Assembly (NCBI GenBank): GCA_035283165.1
Contig: DATEUK010000009.1
Location: 1-44,286 of the forward strand
DNA length: 44,286 nt
DNA from: Thermoplasmata archaeon
GTDB lineage: Archaea; Thermoplasmatota; Thermoplasmata; RBG-16-68-12; EA-27
Direction of reading: 5' to 3'
The notes under the pieces are model-generated. The model was given only the letters and a program-made list of their open reading frames with translations, did no database searches and was not told the DNA's origin. Shown here piece after piece: positions 17,201 to 23,360 of the stretch; the first letter of the stretch is position 1, and every line of letters begins with the position of its first letter. Made by a program: the position numbers and the translations under genes.

Positions 17201-19636
17201 ACCTACCGGATCGAGGTGAACGACGATGGCGGTGGATGGACCGTGTGGATCGCCTCCACATCCTCGACGTCCGCGCTGTACGCCGGCGCGCAGGGTCACA
17301 CGTATGAGTTCCGCTCCATCGCGACGGACTGGGCAGGGAACGTGGAGCCCGCGCCCGCCGGGAACGACACGTGGACCCATGTGGACTCGATCAGCCCCGG
17401 GTCCCACGTCGATCCACAGCCCATGTGGCACAACACCCTTTCCTTCGCGGTCAGCTGGGGACCGGACGTCGGCGTGACGGACGTCGCCACCTACACGGTG
17501 CAGTTCAACCGTGGGTTCGGTTGGCTGGACTGGCTCGTCGACACGACCCAGACCGGGGCGACGTTCACGGCCACCAGCGACGCAACCTACCAATTCCGCT
17601 CGATCGCGACGGACACCTCCGGGAACGTCGAGGTTGTCTCGGGGAACGACACGTGGACGATCGTCGACACGGAGAGCCCGTTCTCGTTCGTGAACGCCCT
17701 CGCGCCCTGGCAGACGGCCCTGACGTTCCTCGTGCAGTGGACGCGAGAGTCGGACGACGTCGCGTCGTACCGCATCCAGGTGCGGGACAACGGCGGATCC
17801 TGGACGGATTGGATCCCCTTCACGACCGCCACCTCCTCGATGTTCGCGGGCGTGGACGACCACACCTATGAATACCGGTCGATCGCCACCGACTTCGCGG
17901 GGAATGAGCAGACCCCCAATCCCGTCAACGACACGTGGACGCGGATCGACGTGACCCTTCCGCAGTCCACGATGACGGCGATGCCGACGTGGTCGACGCT
18001 GCTCACGTTCGCGATCGCGTGGGGCCCTTCGGGCGGGACCACGGACATCGCCTCGTACACGGTCCAGGTGAGCGACAACGGCGGCGCGTGGGCAAACGTG
18101 CCCGCGTACGTGGGCACCACCGCGACGAGCGGGACCTACGCGGGAGTCGACGGTCGCTCGTACGCCTTCCGGTCCATCGCGACGGACCGGGCCGGGAACG
18201 TGGAGAGCGCCTCGCCGGCGAACGACACCTTCACAATCGTGGATGTCACCCCGCCCTCCTCGACGGCGACCCCGTCCGGCACGACGGGGGGCGGCGGCTG
18301 GTGGGTCGGCCCGGTCACGGTGACCCTCGCGTCCTCGGATGCGACGAGCGGGGTGTCCGTGATCGAGTATCGGATCGACGGGGGGTCTTGGCAGGTGTAC
18401 TCCGGGCCGTTCCTCGTGACCGGGGACGGAATCCACACCGTCGCGTACCATGGACGGGACAACGCGGGCCTCCAGGAGGCGGACCGCGCGCAGAACCCGA
18501 AAATCGACACGACCCCGCCGGTGACGACCCCCAATCTCATCGGACTCCTTGGGGACAACGGCTGGCACCGGGGGCCGGTGACCGTGAGCCTCGCCGTATC
18601 GGACGCGACGAGCGGCCCCGCTTCGACGTCCTACCAGGTCGACGGCGGCAGCTGGCAGGCGTACGCGGGCCCCTTCGGGGTGACGGCGGACGGCCAGCAC
18701 ACGGTCGAGTACGCCTCCACGGACACCGCGGGCCTCACGGAGGCCATGATCTCGGTCGCCTTCAAGATCGACTCCGTGGAGCCGCTCGTGAGCAGCACCG
18801 CGCCTCGCGGGGCGGGGACGACAACGACATCCCCCGTCGTCGTGACGTTCAGCGAGCCGATGAACCGCGCGTCCGCGGAGGCCGCCTTCACGATCCAGCC
18901 GGGCATCAACGGCGTGTTCTCATGGAGCGCCGACAACCGCACGATGACGTTCCAGCCGGACCGGGCGCTGGATCCCGGTCGGGACTACTATGTGACGATC
19001 GGGACGAACGCGAAGGACGTCGCGGGCAATGCGCTGCCGCAGACCGTGACCTTCTCCTTCACGCCCGTAGCGACGCTCCCGCCGTCCGGCGCGGTCGGGG
19101 ACTGGGTCTGGATCATCGCCGTGATCGCGGCGGGTCTCGGGGGCACCCTCCTCATCGTGCTGCGCCGCCTGGGGGCGCGCGGGAAGCCGGTCGCCGTCAC
19201 GGCCTCGAAAGACGACACCCCCGCGACGATCGACGACGTGTTCCTGCTGTACCGCGATGGCATCCTGATCAAGCACGAGACCCGGCGGCTCAAGCCGGAC
19301 ATCGACACGGACATCCTGAGCGGCATGCTCACGGCGGTCCAATCCTTCGTGAAGGACTCCTTCCGCTCCGAGGAGGGCGACCTCGACGAACTGCGGTTCG
19401 GCGAGATGCACATTCTCATCGGCCGGGGACGCTGGCTCGTCCTCGCGGCGATGGTCCAGGGCGACGGCACGCACCTGATGCGTCCCCAGATCGAGGCGTG
19501 CATCGAGGAGATGGAGGCCGCGCACCCCGAGCAGATCGAGAAATGGGACGGGAACATGGTGATCGCAAGGACCCTGTCCCCGTTCATCAAGAAGCTGATT
19601 CGCGGGGACTACGCGCGCGACCCGCCAAACGTTTAA
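14222..19636 (+). CDS. giant type-I membrane surface protein: signal peptide, PbH1-like beta-helix, Gly-rich beta-helix coils, 6 FN3/Ig-like modules, 2 Ig-like modules, SbsA-Ig-like domain, TM helix, cytoplasmic alpha/beta domain
   Basis: 1804-aa ORF. Signal peptide RRPRGLSIATAIAVLCASFGALLAITPHAAA. Many N-x-[ST] sequons. TM helix WVWIIAVIAAGLGGTLLIVL is followed by RRLGARGK (positive-inside). See the three repeat features inside this gene (14947-15990, 16514-18250, 18251-18769). Confidence 0.85.
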   Translation: MASPRRPRGLSIATAIAVLCASFGALLAITPHAAAVTYVSGTITSDTIWGISDDTYVITGHVTVAPGVTLTIMPNTTVRIDPLRALFVEGALWANGFPGTEILFLANNTMAGFPPPMGIQFNSSSTGSVSWSVFDRMERAVTAIASSPMVTNNLVLWANQGFRFVRSSAMCTDNAVLRAGIGVSLVESDAIVMRNYLNGTSTGIEASVSGSPFIAENVVVNTSGFLAIGIRVTGGAVADVRDNVITDVAGARGAAGVGPGAAGGDGGLAAGILVDTAPWATISGNTVSLVQGGSGGNGVDNPGGFGGNGGRGGAAVAIASGDLPGVDASSNVISTIRGGRGGNGGGSPMTATGGKGGNAGDAGGIQIFATSVATWWSNNWIDGINGGAGGDGGEGATVGVGGFGGEVAGILGWNTANGDAGGNTVQNVRGGPGGNSTGLMPGGGNVGGDGGSASGIAFIVDRGPAAIHSNFIASIVGGAGGRGGSAGRGGNATGASAVGDTDGLFNATSITSNWITDPTGGNGGAGGRTGGPGGAAGGIMVALDSPFLAGNWVWNALGGNGGGGFIDGGRGGDASGVYAYYVLGGWSSGDSLFTVSKGSAGAGAPPPPSYASGFTMQGDSGFTTTFTMENATIVNTETYDIWANVASAGTTINTPFSGAKLAVDPTSTLTVMNYLDTSVYWPDGFTLVPGASILVEEDGVTVWSFVSVTGWDQWLLTTDRVYWGSATPTDVQNDVTVSYLAYNFWSNPRTVDMAWSNGQWFVMIDSEAPTSAADPLPTYTTTLTFNVDYTASDGMGGSLKDVTLWYRKDGSGGWNAYATQPAGNFGTFVFTASGDGTYEFETVADDWAGNVEPGPGTNESWTIVDTTAPASAVLPLPSWTTTSSFLVSWAPDPGVTDIATYTVQYDRGSGWTNWLIDVTQTSGTFVASVNGVHSFRSIATDAAGNVEVVSGNDTWTYVDTQLPSSAVTGLPPFTYTLSFTVAWGPLPGTTDVATYRIEVNDDGGGWTVWIASTSSTSALYAGAQGHTYEFRSIATDWAGNVEPAPAGNDTWTHVDSISPGSHVDPQPMWHNTLSFAVSWGPDVGVTDVATYTVQFNRGFGWLDWLVDTTQTGATFTATSDATYQFRSIATDTSGNVEVVSGNDTWTIVDTESPFSFVNALAPWQTALTFLVQWTRESDDVASYRIQVRDNGGSWTDWIPFTTATSSMFAGVDDHTYEYRSIATDFAGNEQTPNPVNDTWTRIDVTLPQSTMTAMPTWSTLLTFAIAWGPSGGTTDIASYTVQVSDNGGAWANVPAYVGTTATSGTYAGVDGRSYAFRSIATDRAGNVESASPANDTFTIVDVTPPSSTATPSGTTGGGGWWVGPVTVTLASSDATSGVSVIEYRIDGGSWQVYSGPFLVTGDGIHTVAYHGRDNAGLQEADRAQNPKIDTTPPVTTPNLIGLLGDNGWHRGPVTVSLAVSDATSGPASTSYQVDGGSWQAYAGPFGVTADGQHTVEYASTDTAGLTEAMISVAFKIDSVEPLVSSTAPRGAGTTTTSPVVVTFSEPMNRASAEAAFTIQPGINGVFSWSADNRTMTFQPDRALDPGRDYYVTIGTNAKDVAGNALPQTVTFSFTPVATLPPSGAVGDWVWIIAVIAAGLGGTLLIVLRRLGARGKPVAVTASKDDTPATIDDVFLLYRDGILIKHETRRLKPDIDTDILSGMLTAVQSFVKDSFRSEEGDLDELRFGEMHILIGRGRWLVLAAMVQGDGTHLMRPQIEACIEEMEAAHPEQIEKWDGNMVIARTLSPFIKKLIRGDYARDPPNV
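14947..15990 (+). repeat. 8 coding coils of a glycine-rich beta-helix repeat (about 40-48 aa each)
   Basis: Eight coils share the consensus N-x-[IV]-x-x-[IV]-x-GG-x-GG-x-GG...GG-x-GG-x-[AG]-x-G-[IV]-x-[IV]. Examples: NTVSLVQGGSGGNGVDNPGGFGGNGGRGGAAVAIA, NVISTIRGGRGGNGGG..., NTVQNVRGGPGGN.... Confidence 0.7.
16514..18250 (+). repeat. 6 tandem coding modules of about 94-100 aa (FN3/Ig-like)
   Basis: Each module runs D-[ST]-x-x-P-x-S...LP-W-x-T-x-x-F-x-V-x-W...TD[IV]A[ST]Y-x-[VI]-[QE]...GW[TL]-x-W...Y-x-FRSIATD-x-AGN-[VE]-E...NDTWT-x-[IV]. Modules 2 and 4 share near-identical DNA around 17025-17100 and 17593-17670. Confidence 0.8.
18251..18769 (+). repeat. 2 tandem coding modules of about 87 aa (second Ig-like type)
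   Basis: Copy 1: GWWVGPVTVTLASSDATSGVSVIEYRIDGGSWQVYSGPFLVTGDGIHTVAYHGRDNAGLQE. Copy 2: GWHRGPVTVSLAVSDATSGPASTSYQVDGGSWQAYAGPFGVTADGQHTVEYASTDTAGLTE. Confidence 0.75.
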
Positions 19637-19637
19637 G
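19632..19637 (+). promoter_or_regulatory. TATA-like TTTAAG overlapping the stop codon of the surface-protein gene
   Basis: The centre is about 27 nt upstream of position 19661. TTG 19665 follows. Confidence 0.4.
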
Positions 19638-19664
19638 GCGGCGCCAGGCATCGGCGGCGGCGCC

Positions 19665-20039
19665 TTGCACGTCGCGTTCGTCGACTCCGTCCAGGGACAT
19701 CAGACCGGGCGCCTCCGCGAGATGGCGGACCGCCTCCGGAAGGCGCGGCCGGACGTGAGCGTGGGGGTCGTGGAGGGAGACGCGGCGGGTGACCTCCTCA
19801 AGCGTCACAGGCTGAACTTCGGACCCGCGGTCCTGATCGACCAACGGCTGGAATTCGTCGGAGTCCCGCGCTGGCGGTTCCTCTTGGAACGGGTCTCCCA
19901 ACTCTCCGCCGGACTCCAGAACCCGCGATCCGCTTCGCCCCCGGCGGCTCCCACCACCGAGAAGCCAGCGCCCGGACCCCCCGCCAAGCCCGGCGGGGCG
20001 GACGCCGCGGGACCGGCGCGGGAGCCTCCCCCCGCCTAA
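19665..20039 (+). CDS. thioredoxin-fold protein lacking the CxxC redox motif, with Pro/Ala-rich tail
   Basis: HVAFVDSVQGHQTGRLREMADRLRKARPDVSVGVVEGD...FGPAVLIDQRLEFVGVPRWRFLLERV aligns by eye to the small Thioredoxin_3 / redox-active disulfide protein 2 pattern. The position of CxxC reads SVQG. TTG start with its own TATA. Confidence 0.45.
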   Translation: MHVAFVDSVQGHQTGRLREMADRLRKARPDVSVGVVEGDAAGDLLKRHRLNFGPAVLIDQRLEFVGVPRWRFLLERVSQLSAGLQNPRSASPPAAPTTEKPAPGPPAKPGGADAAGPAREPPPA

Positions 20040-20044
20040 ACGTC

Positions 20045-20050
20045 TTTATA
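20045..20050 (+). promoter_or_regulatory. TATA box (TTTATA) upstream of hsp20
   Basis: CGTCTTTATAGGC. The predicted TSS is about 20074. GTG 20093 and ATG 20108 lie downstream. Confidence 0.5.
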
Positions 20051-20092
20051 GGCACCAGACCAATCTCTTCCGGGGACAGCCTCACCAAGTGG

Positions 20093-20542
20093 GTGAAGAG
20101 GGGTTCGATGGGGGACACGGACGAGTTCGACGAGGTGCGCAAGATGATTAACCGCATGCTCTCCGACGCGGTCGATGGAAAAGCACCAGCCGACCCCCAG
20201 CCGTTCGTTCGGGGCGTCCCCGAACGGGCCCACCCCCACAACGGGGAAAAGCCTCCCCGCCGGTTCCTCGTCCAGGTCCCGCCGGACCCCACGATCCCGG
20301 GCCCCGACGTCGTGGCGTCCACGGAGGAAGTGTTCGTGACGATCGACCTCCTGGGCCGCGTCCCGACCGCCGTCCGGACGAAGACGGCCGGACGCCTCGT
20401 CCTCGTCGAGGTCGAGGGCCGGCGCCCCCTCCACCGGGTCGTCGAGCTTCCGTTCGAGGTGGAGCAGGAAGCGAGGTGGACCGTCCGCGAAGGCGTGCTC
20501 GATCTCACCCTGCGGCGCCGGAGGCCGGCGACGTCCCCCTGA
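20093..20542 (+). CDS. small heat-shock protein (Hsp20/alpha-crystallin family)
   Basis: Alpha-crystallin domain DVVASTEEVFVTIDLLGRVPTAVRTKTAGRLVLVEVEG...HRVVELPFEVEQEARWTVREGVLDLTLRRR. The start is GTG 20093 or ATG 20108. Confidence 0.8.
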   Translation: MKRGSMGDTDEFDEVRKMINRMLSDAVDGKAPADPQPFVRGVPERAHPHNGEKPPRRFLVQVPPDPTIPGPDVVASTEEVFVTIDLLGRVPTAVRTKTAGRLVLVEVEGRRPLHRVVELPFEVEQEARWTVREGVLDLTLRRRRPATSP

Positions 20543-20557
20543 GGCGGGAGGGAGCCC

Positions 20558-20779
20558 TTGGCGGAAACGGGGGCGATCGACCGGAAGATCAAGCGGCTGA
20601 CAGCAAGGGAGACGGAGTTCCACCATCGGATCAAGAAAGCGCGTGCCGACGAGCGTTCCGATCTGGGGCGGAAGCAGCGGTACGAACGACAGATCGCCAA
20701 GTGGGAACGGAGCATCGAGAAACTCCTCCCGAAGGTCCGTCGCCTGCGCGAACTCCGCGCGCGGGTGAGGGCCCGGTGA
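20558..20779 (+). CDS. small basic coiled-coil protein (73 aa), co-transcribed with hsp20
   Basis: TTG start 6 nt after a GGAGG core within GGGAGGGAG (20546-20554). The sequence is heptad-like and charged (IDRKIKRLTARETEFHHRIKKARADERSDLGRKQRYERQIAKWERSIEKLL). Confidence 0.5.
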   Translation: MAETGAIDRKIKRLTARETEFHHRIKKARADERSDLGRKQRYERQIAKWERSIEKLLPKVRRLRELRARVRAR

Positions 20780-20829
20780 GGAGAGTCAGCAGCGGGGACG
20801 TCGCCCCCGGGGACCCCACGGTATAGGCG

Positions 20830-20841
20830 ACACCTTTTCAA
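20830..20841 (+). promoter_or_regulatory. promoter element ACACCTTTTCAA upstream of aspA
   Basis: The T-rich core is centred about 27 nt upstream of position 20864. ATG is at 20871. The ACACCTT core recurs at 22296 and 25081. Confidence 0.45.
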
Positions 20842-20870
20842 CCCAACGGGCGTACACCCCTGGGACCCGC

Positions 20871-22289
20871 ATGGCGGACCATCGCACGGAACGGGACACG
20901 CTGGGCGAGGTCCGGGTGCCCGCGGACGCCCTGTGGGGCGCGTCCACGCAACGGGCGATCGAGAATTTCCCAATCAGCGGGATCCGGTTCCCCCGCGTGT
21001 TCCTCGAGGCGCTCGGCCTCGTGAAGTGGGCGTGCGCGGAGGCGAACGCGGAGCTCGGACTTCTCGACCGGACGCTGGCCGAAGCGATCGCGAAGGCCGC
21101 CGAGGAGGTCGCGGCGGGCTCGCACGACGACCAGTTCCCCCTCGACGTGTTCCAGACCGGGTCCGGCACGTCCACGAACACGAACGCGAACGAGGTGATC
21201 GCAAACCTCGCGAACGTCGCCCTCGGCGGCCCTATCGGGGCGAAGAAGCCGGTCCACCCGAACGACCACGTGAACATGGGCCAGTCGAGCAACGACGTGA
21301 TCCCGACGGCGATCCATGTGGCTGCGCTCCTCGCGATCGACCGCGACCTGGTGCCCGCCCTGGAGCGACTCCGCGGGGCCCTCTCCGGGAAGGCCACCTC
21401 GTGGGACGGGATCGTGAAATCCGGCCGGACGCATCTCATGGACGCGACGCCCATCCGGCTCGGTCAGGAGTTCTCCGGCTACGCGAGCCAGGTGGACCAC
21501 GGCATCGCACGGGTGCGGGCGACGTACCGCCACCTCGCGGAGCTCGCGCTCGGCGGCACGGCCGTGGGCACGGGGATCAACGCGCACCCGGACATGCCCG
21601 GGAAGGCGATCCGCCGGCTCGCGGGGGCCACCGGACTCCCGCTGGTCCGCGCCCCCAACGCGTTCGAGGCGCAGGCCGCGCAGGACGCCCTCGTGGAGAC
21701 GAGCGGCGCGCTCCGGACCGTGGCCGTGGGCCTGTTCAAGATCGCGGACGACATCCGGCTGATGGGCTCCGGGCCCCGGACCGGGCTCGCGGAGCTGAAG
21801 CTGCCCGAGCTCCAACCTGGTTCGTCGATCATGCCGGGGAAGGTGAACCCGGTCATCCCCGAGGCGGTGATCCAGGTGTGCGCGCAGGTTCTCGGGAACG
21901 ACGCCGCCGTGGCGGCCTCGGGACTCGCGAGCCACCTCGACCTGAGCACGATGATGCCCGTGATGTGCCGCAACCTCCTGGAGTCCGTGCGCCTCCTCGC
22001 GCGCGCGAGCGAGGTGTTCCGGGAACGGTGCATCGAGGGACTCCAGCCGAACCTGGAGAAGCTGAGCCGGGACGCCGAGCTCAGCACCGCGATCGTGACA
22101 CGGCTGAGCCCCATCATCGGGTACGACCGAGCGGCGGAGCTCGCCAAGGAGTCCATGCGGACGGGGAAGACGGTCAAGGAACTCGTGGCGGAGAAGGGCA
22201 TCCTCTCCCGCGAGGACGCGGAGAGGCTCCTGGACCCGAAGGCGCTCACGGAGCCGAGCAAGGAAGCCCCCGGTTCGGGCGTCGGCTGA
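20871..22289 (+). CDS. aspA: aspartate ammonia-lyase (class II fumarase/aspartase superfamily)
   Basis: The superfamily signature GSSIMPGKVNP is followed by VIPEAVIQVCAQVLGND. TGSGTSTNTNANEVIAN is also present. Both look aspartase-like (compare AspA PVVPEVVNQVC) rather than FumC-like (PTQCEALTM). Confidence 0.8.
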   Translation: MADHRTERDTLGEVRVPADALWGASTQRAIENFPISGIRFPRVFLEALGLVKWACAEANAELGLLDRTLAEAIAKAAEEVAAGSHDDQFPLDVFQTGSGTSTNTNANEVIANLANVALGGPIGAKKPVHPNDHVNMGQSSNDVIPTAIHVAALLAIDRDLVPALERLRGALSGKATSWDGIVKSGRTHLMDATPIRLGQEFSGYASQVDHGIARVRATYRHLAELALGGTAVGTGINAHPDMPGKAIRRLAGATGLPLVRAPNAFEAQAAQDALVETSGALRTVAVGLFKIADDIRLMGSGPRTGLAELKLPELQPGSSIMPGKVNPVIPEAVIQVCAQVLGNDAAVAASGLASHLDLSTMMPVMCRNLLESVRLLARASEVFRERCIEGLQPNLEKLSRDAELSTAIVTRLSPIIGYDRAAELAKESMRTGKTVKELVAEKGILSREDAERLLDPKALTEPSKEAPGSGVG

Positions 22290-22295
22290 CCGCGA

Positions 22296-22307
22296 ACACC
22301 TTTTGTA
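22296..22307 (+). promoter_or_regulatory. promoter element ACACCTTTTGTA upstream of UDG
   Basis: The core is centred about 26.5 nt upstream of ATG 22330, implying a leaderless transcript. Confidence 0.5.
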
Positions 22308-22329
22308 GCCCCCGTCCTTCGCAGCCACG

Positions 22330-22899
22330 ATGTCCACCCGGGCATTGCCGCGGAAGCTCGGTGCGTTGGCGGCGCGCATCCGGCGGTGCGTCCTGTGCGA
22401 CCTCCATCGGTCCCGCACGCATGCGGTCCCCGGCGAGGGGCCGGCCCGCGCGCGGATCCTCCTCGTGGGCGAGGCGCCCGGACGGACGGAGGATGAAGCG
22501 GGGAGGCCGTTCCGCGGCGCCGCGGGGAAGCTCCTCGACCAGGCTCTGCGTGAGGCGGGCATCCGCCGGGATCGGGTCTTCATCACGAACGCGGTGAAGT
22601 GCCGCCCCCCGGGCAACCGGAGACCTCGCGCGCAGGAGGTGTTCGCGTGCCGCCCGTACCTGGTCGCCCAGGTGGAGGCGGTGGCACCGCGCGTGGTCGT
22701 CGCGCTCGGGCAGACCGCGGTGCGGGACCTCTTCGGGCCGGGGGCCTCCCTCGCGCGCCTGCGAGGGCGATGGGGAGCCTTCGGGGGCCGACCCGCCACC
22801 GGCACGTATCACCCCGCGGGCGTGCTGTACAACCGCAAGCTGTACGGGAGACTCGTCCACGATCTGGCGGCGGCGAAGGCCCGCGCGGAGGGGACATGA
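22330..22899 (+). CDS. uracil-DNA glycosylase, family 4
   Basis: C-x2-C (CVLCDL), LLVGEAPGRTEDEAGRPFRGAAGKLL (GEAPG motif), FITNAVKCRPPGNR and HPAGVLYN. Confidence 0.85.
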   Translation: MSTRALPRKLGALAARIRRCVLCDLHRSRTHAVPGEGPARARILLVGEAPGRTEDEAGRPFRGAAGKLLDQALREAGIRRDRVFITNAVKCRPPGNRRPRAQEVFACRPYLVAQVEAVAPRVVVALGQTAVRDLFGPGASLARLRGRWGAFGGRPATGTYHPAGVLYNRKLYGRLVHDLAAAKARAEGT

Positions 22900-23360
22900 G
22901 GGGGACGATCAGAGGGCGGCCGACGCGCCCTGACAAGGACACGATGCCGGTCGCGTCCGCCGGCGGTGTGGTCATCGACGCGTCCGGGCGGGTCCTCCTT
23001 CTCCGGACCGCGGACGAAGGCATCTGGTGCTTCCCGAAGGGCCACATCGAGCGGGGGGAGACGGCCGAGGATGCCGCCCGGAGGGAGATCGCGGAGGAGT
23101 GCGGCTTGGCGGTGGAGATCGGGGACCGGATCGCGGAGGTCGCGTACTCCTTCTACTGGCCCCCCGAGGATGTGAACTACGACAAGCGCGTCGTGTACTT
23201 CCTCGCGCACCCCCGGGACGGGGACGTGCGGCTCGAGGATCGGTTCGACGCCTGGCGGTGGGCCACGCCCGCGCGCGCGCGACGGATGCTCCACTACGGG
23301 AATGACCGGCACGTGCTCGCGAAAGCGGTGGTGGCGGCGCGCCTCAGGCGAGGAACCTGA
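22896..23360 (+). CDS. NUDIX hydrolase
   Basis: Nudix box GHIERGETAEDAARREIAEECGL. ATG 22896 overlaps the UDG stop (ATGA). An alternative ATG lies at 22944. Confidence 0.85.
   Translation: MRGTIRGRPTRPDKDTMPVASAGGVVIDASGRVLLLRTADEGIWCFPKGHIERGETAEDAARREIAEECGLAVEIGDRIAEVAYSFYWPPEDVNYDKRVVYFLAHPRDGDVRLEDRFDAWRWATPARARRMLHYGNDRHVLAKAVVAARLRRGT

Noticed and set aside
17114-18700. 528-aa minus-strand ORF and many other long ORFs inside 14222-19636
   Set aside because: These are antisense or alternate-frame artefacts within the surface-protein gene. The plus-frame product has a signal peptide, periodic domain repeats and a TM helix.
20871-22289. Calling this gene fumarate hydratase class II (fumC)
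   Set aside because: The residues after the signature (PVIPEAVIQVC) and the SGTSTNTNANEVIAN block resemble aspartase rather than FumC (PTQCEALTM; SGTQSNMNMNEV). It is therefore called aspA, though only an alignment or phylogeny can settle it.
20838-22805. 655-aa minus-strand ORF across aspA and UDG
   Set aside because: This is an antisense, codon-register artefact of the high-GC aspA gene. Its translation is Arg/Pro/Gly-rich. The plus strand carries the GSSIMPGKVNP lyase signature and UDG motifs.
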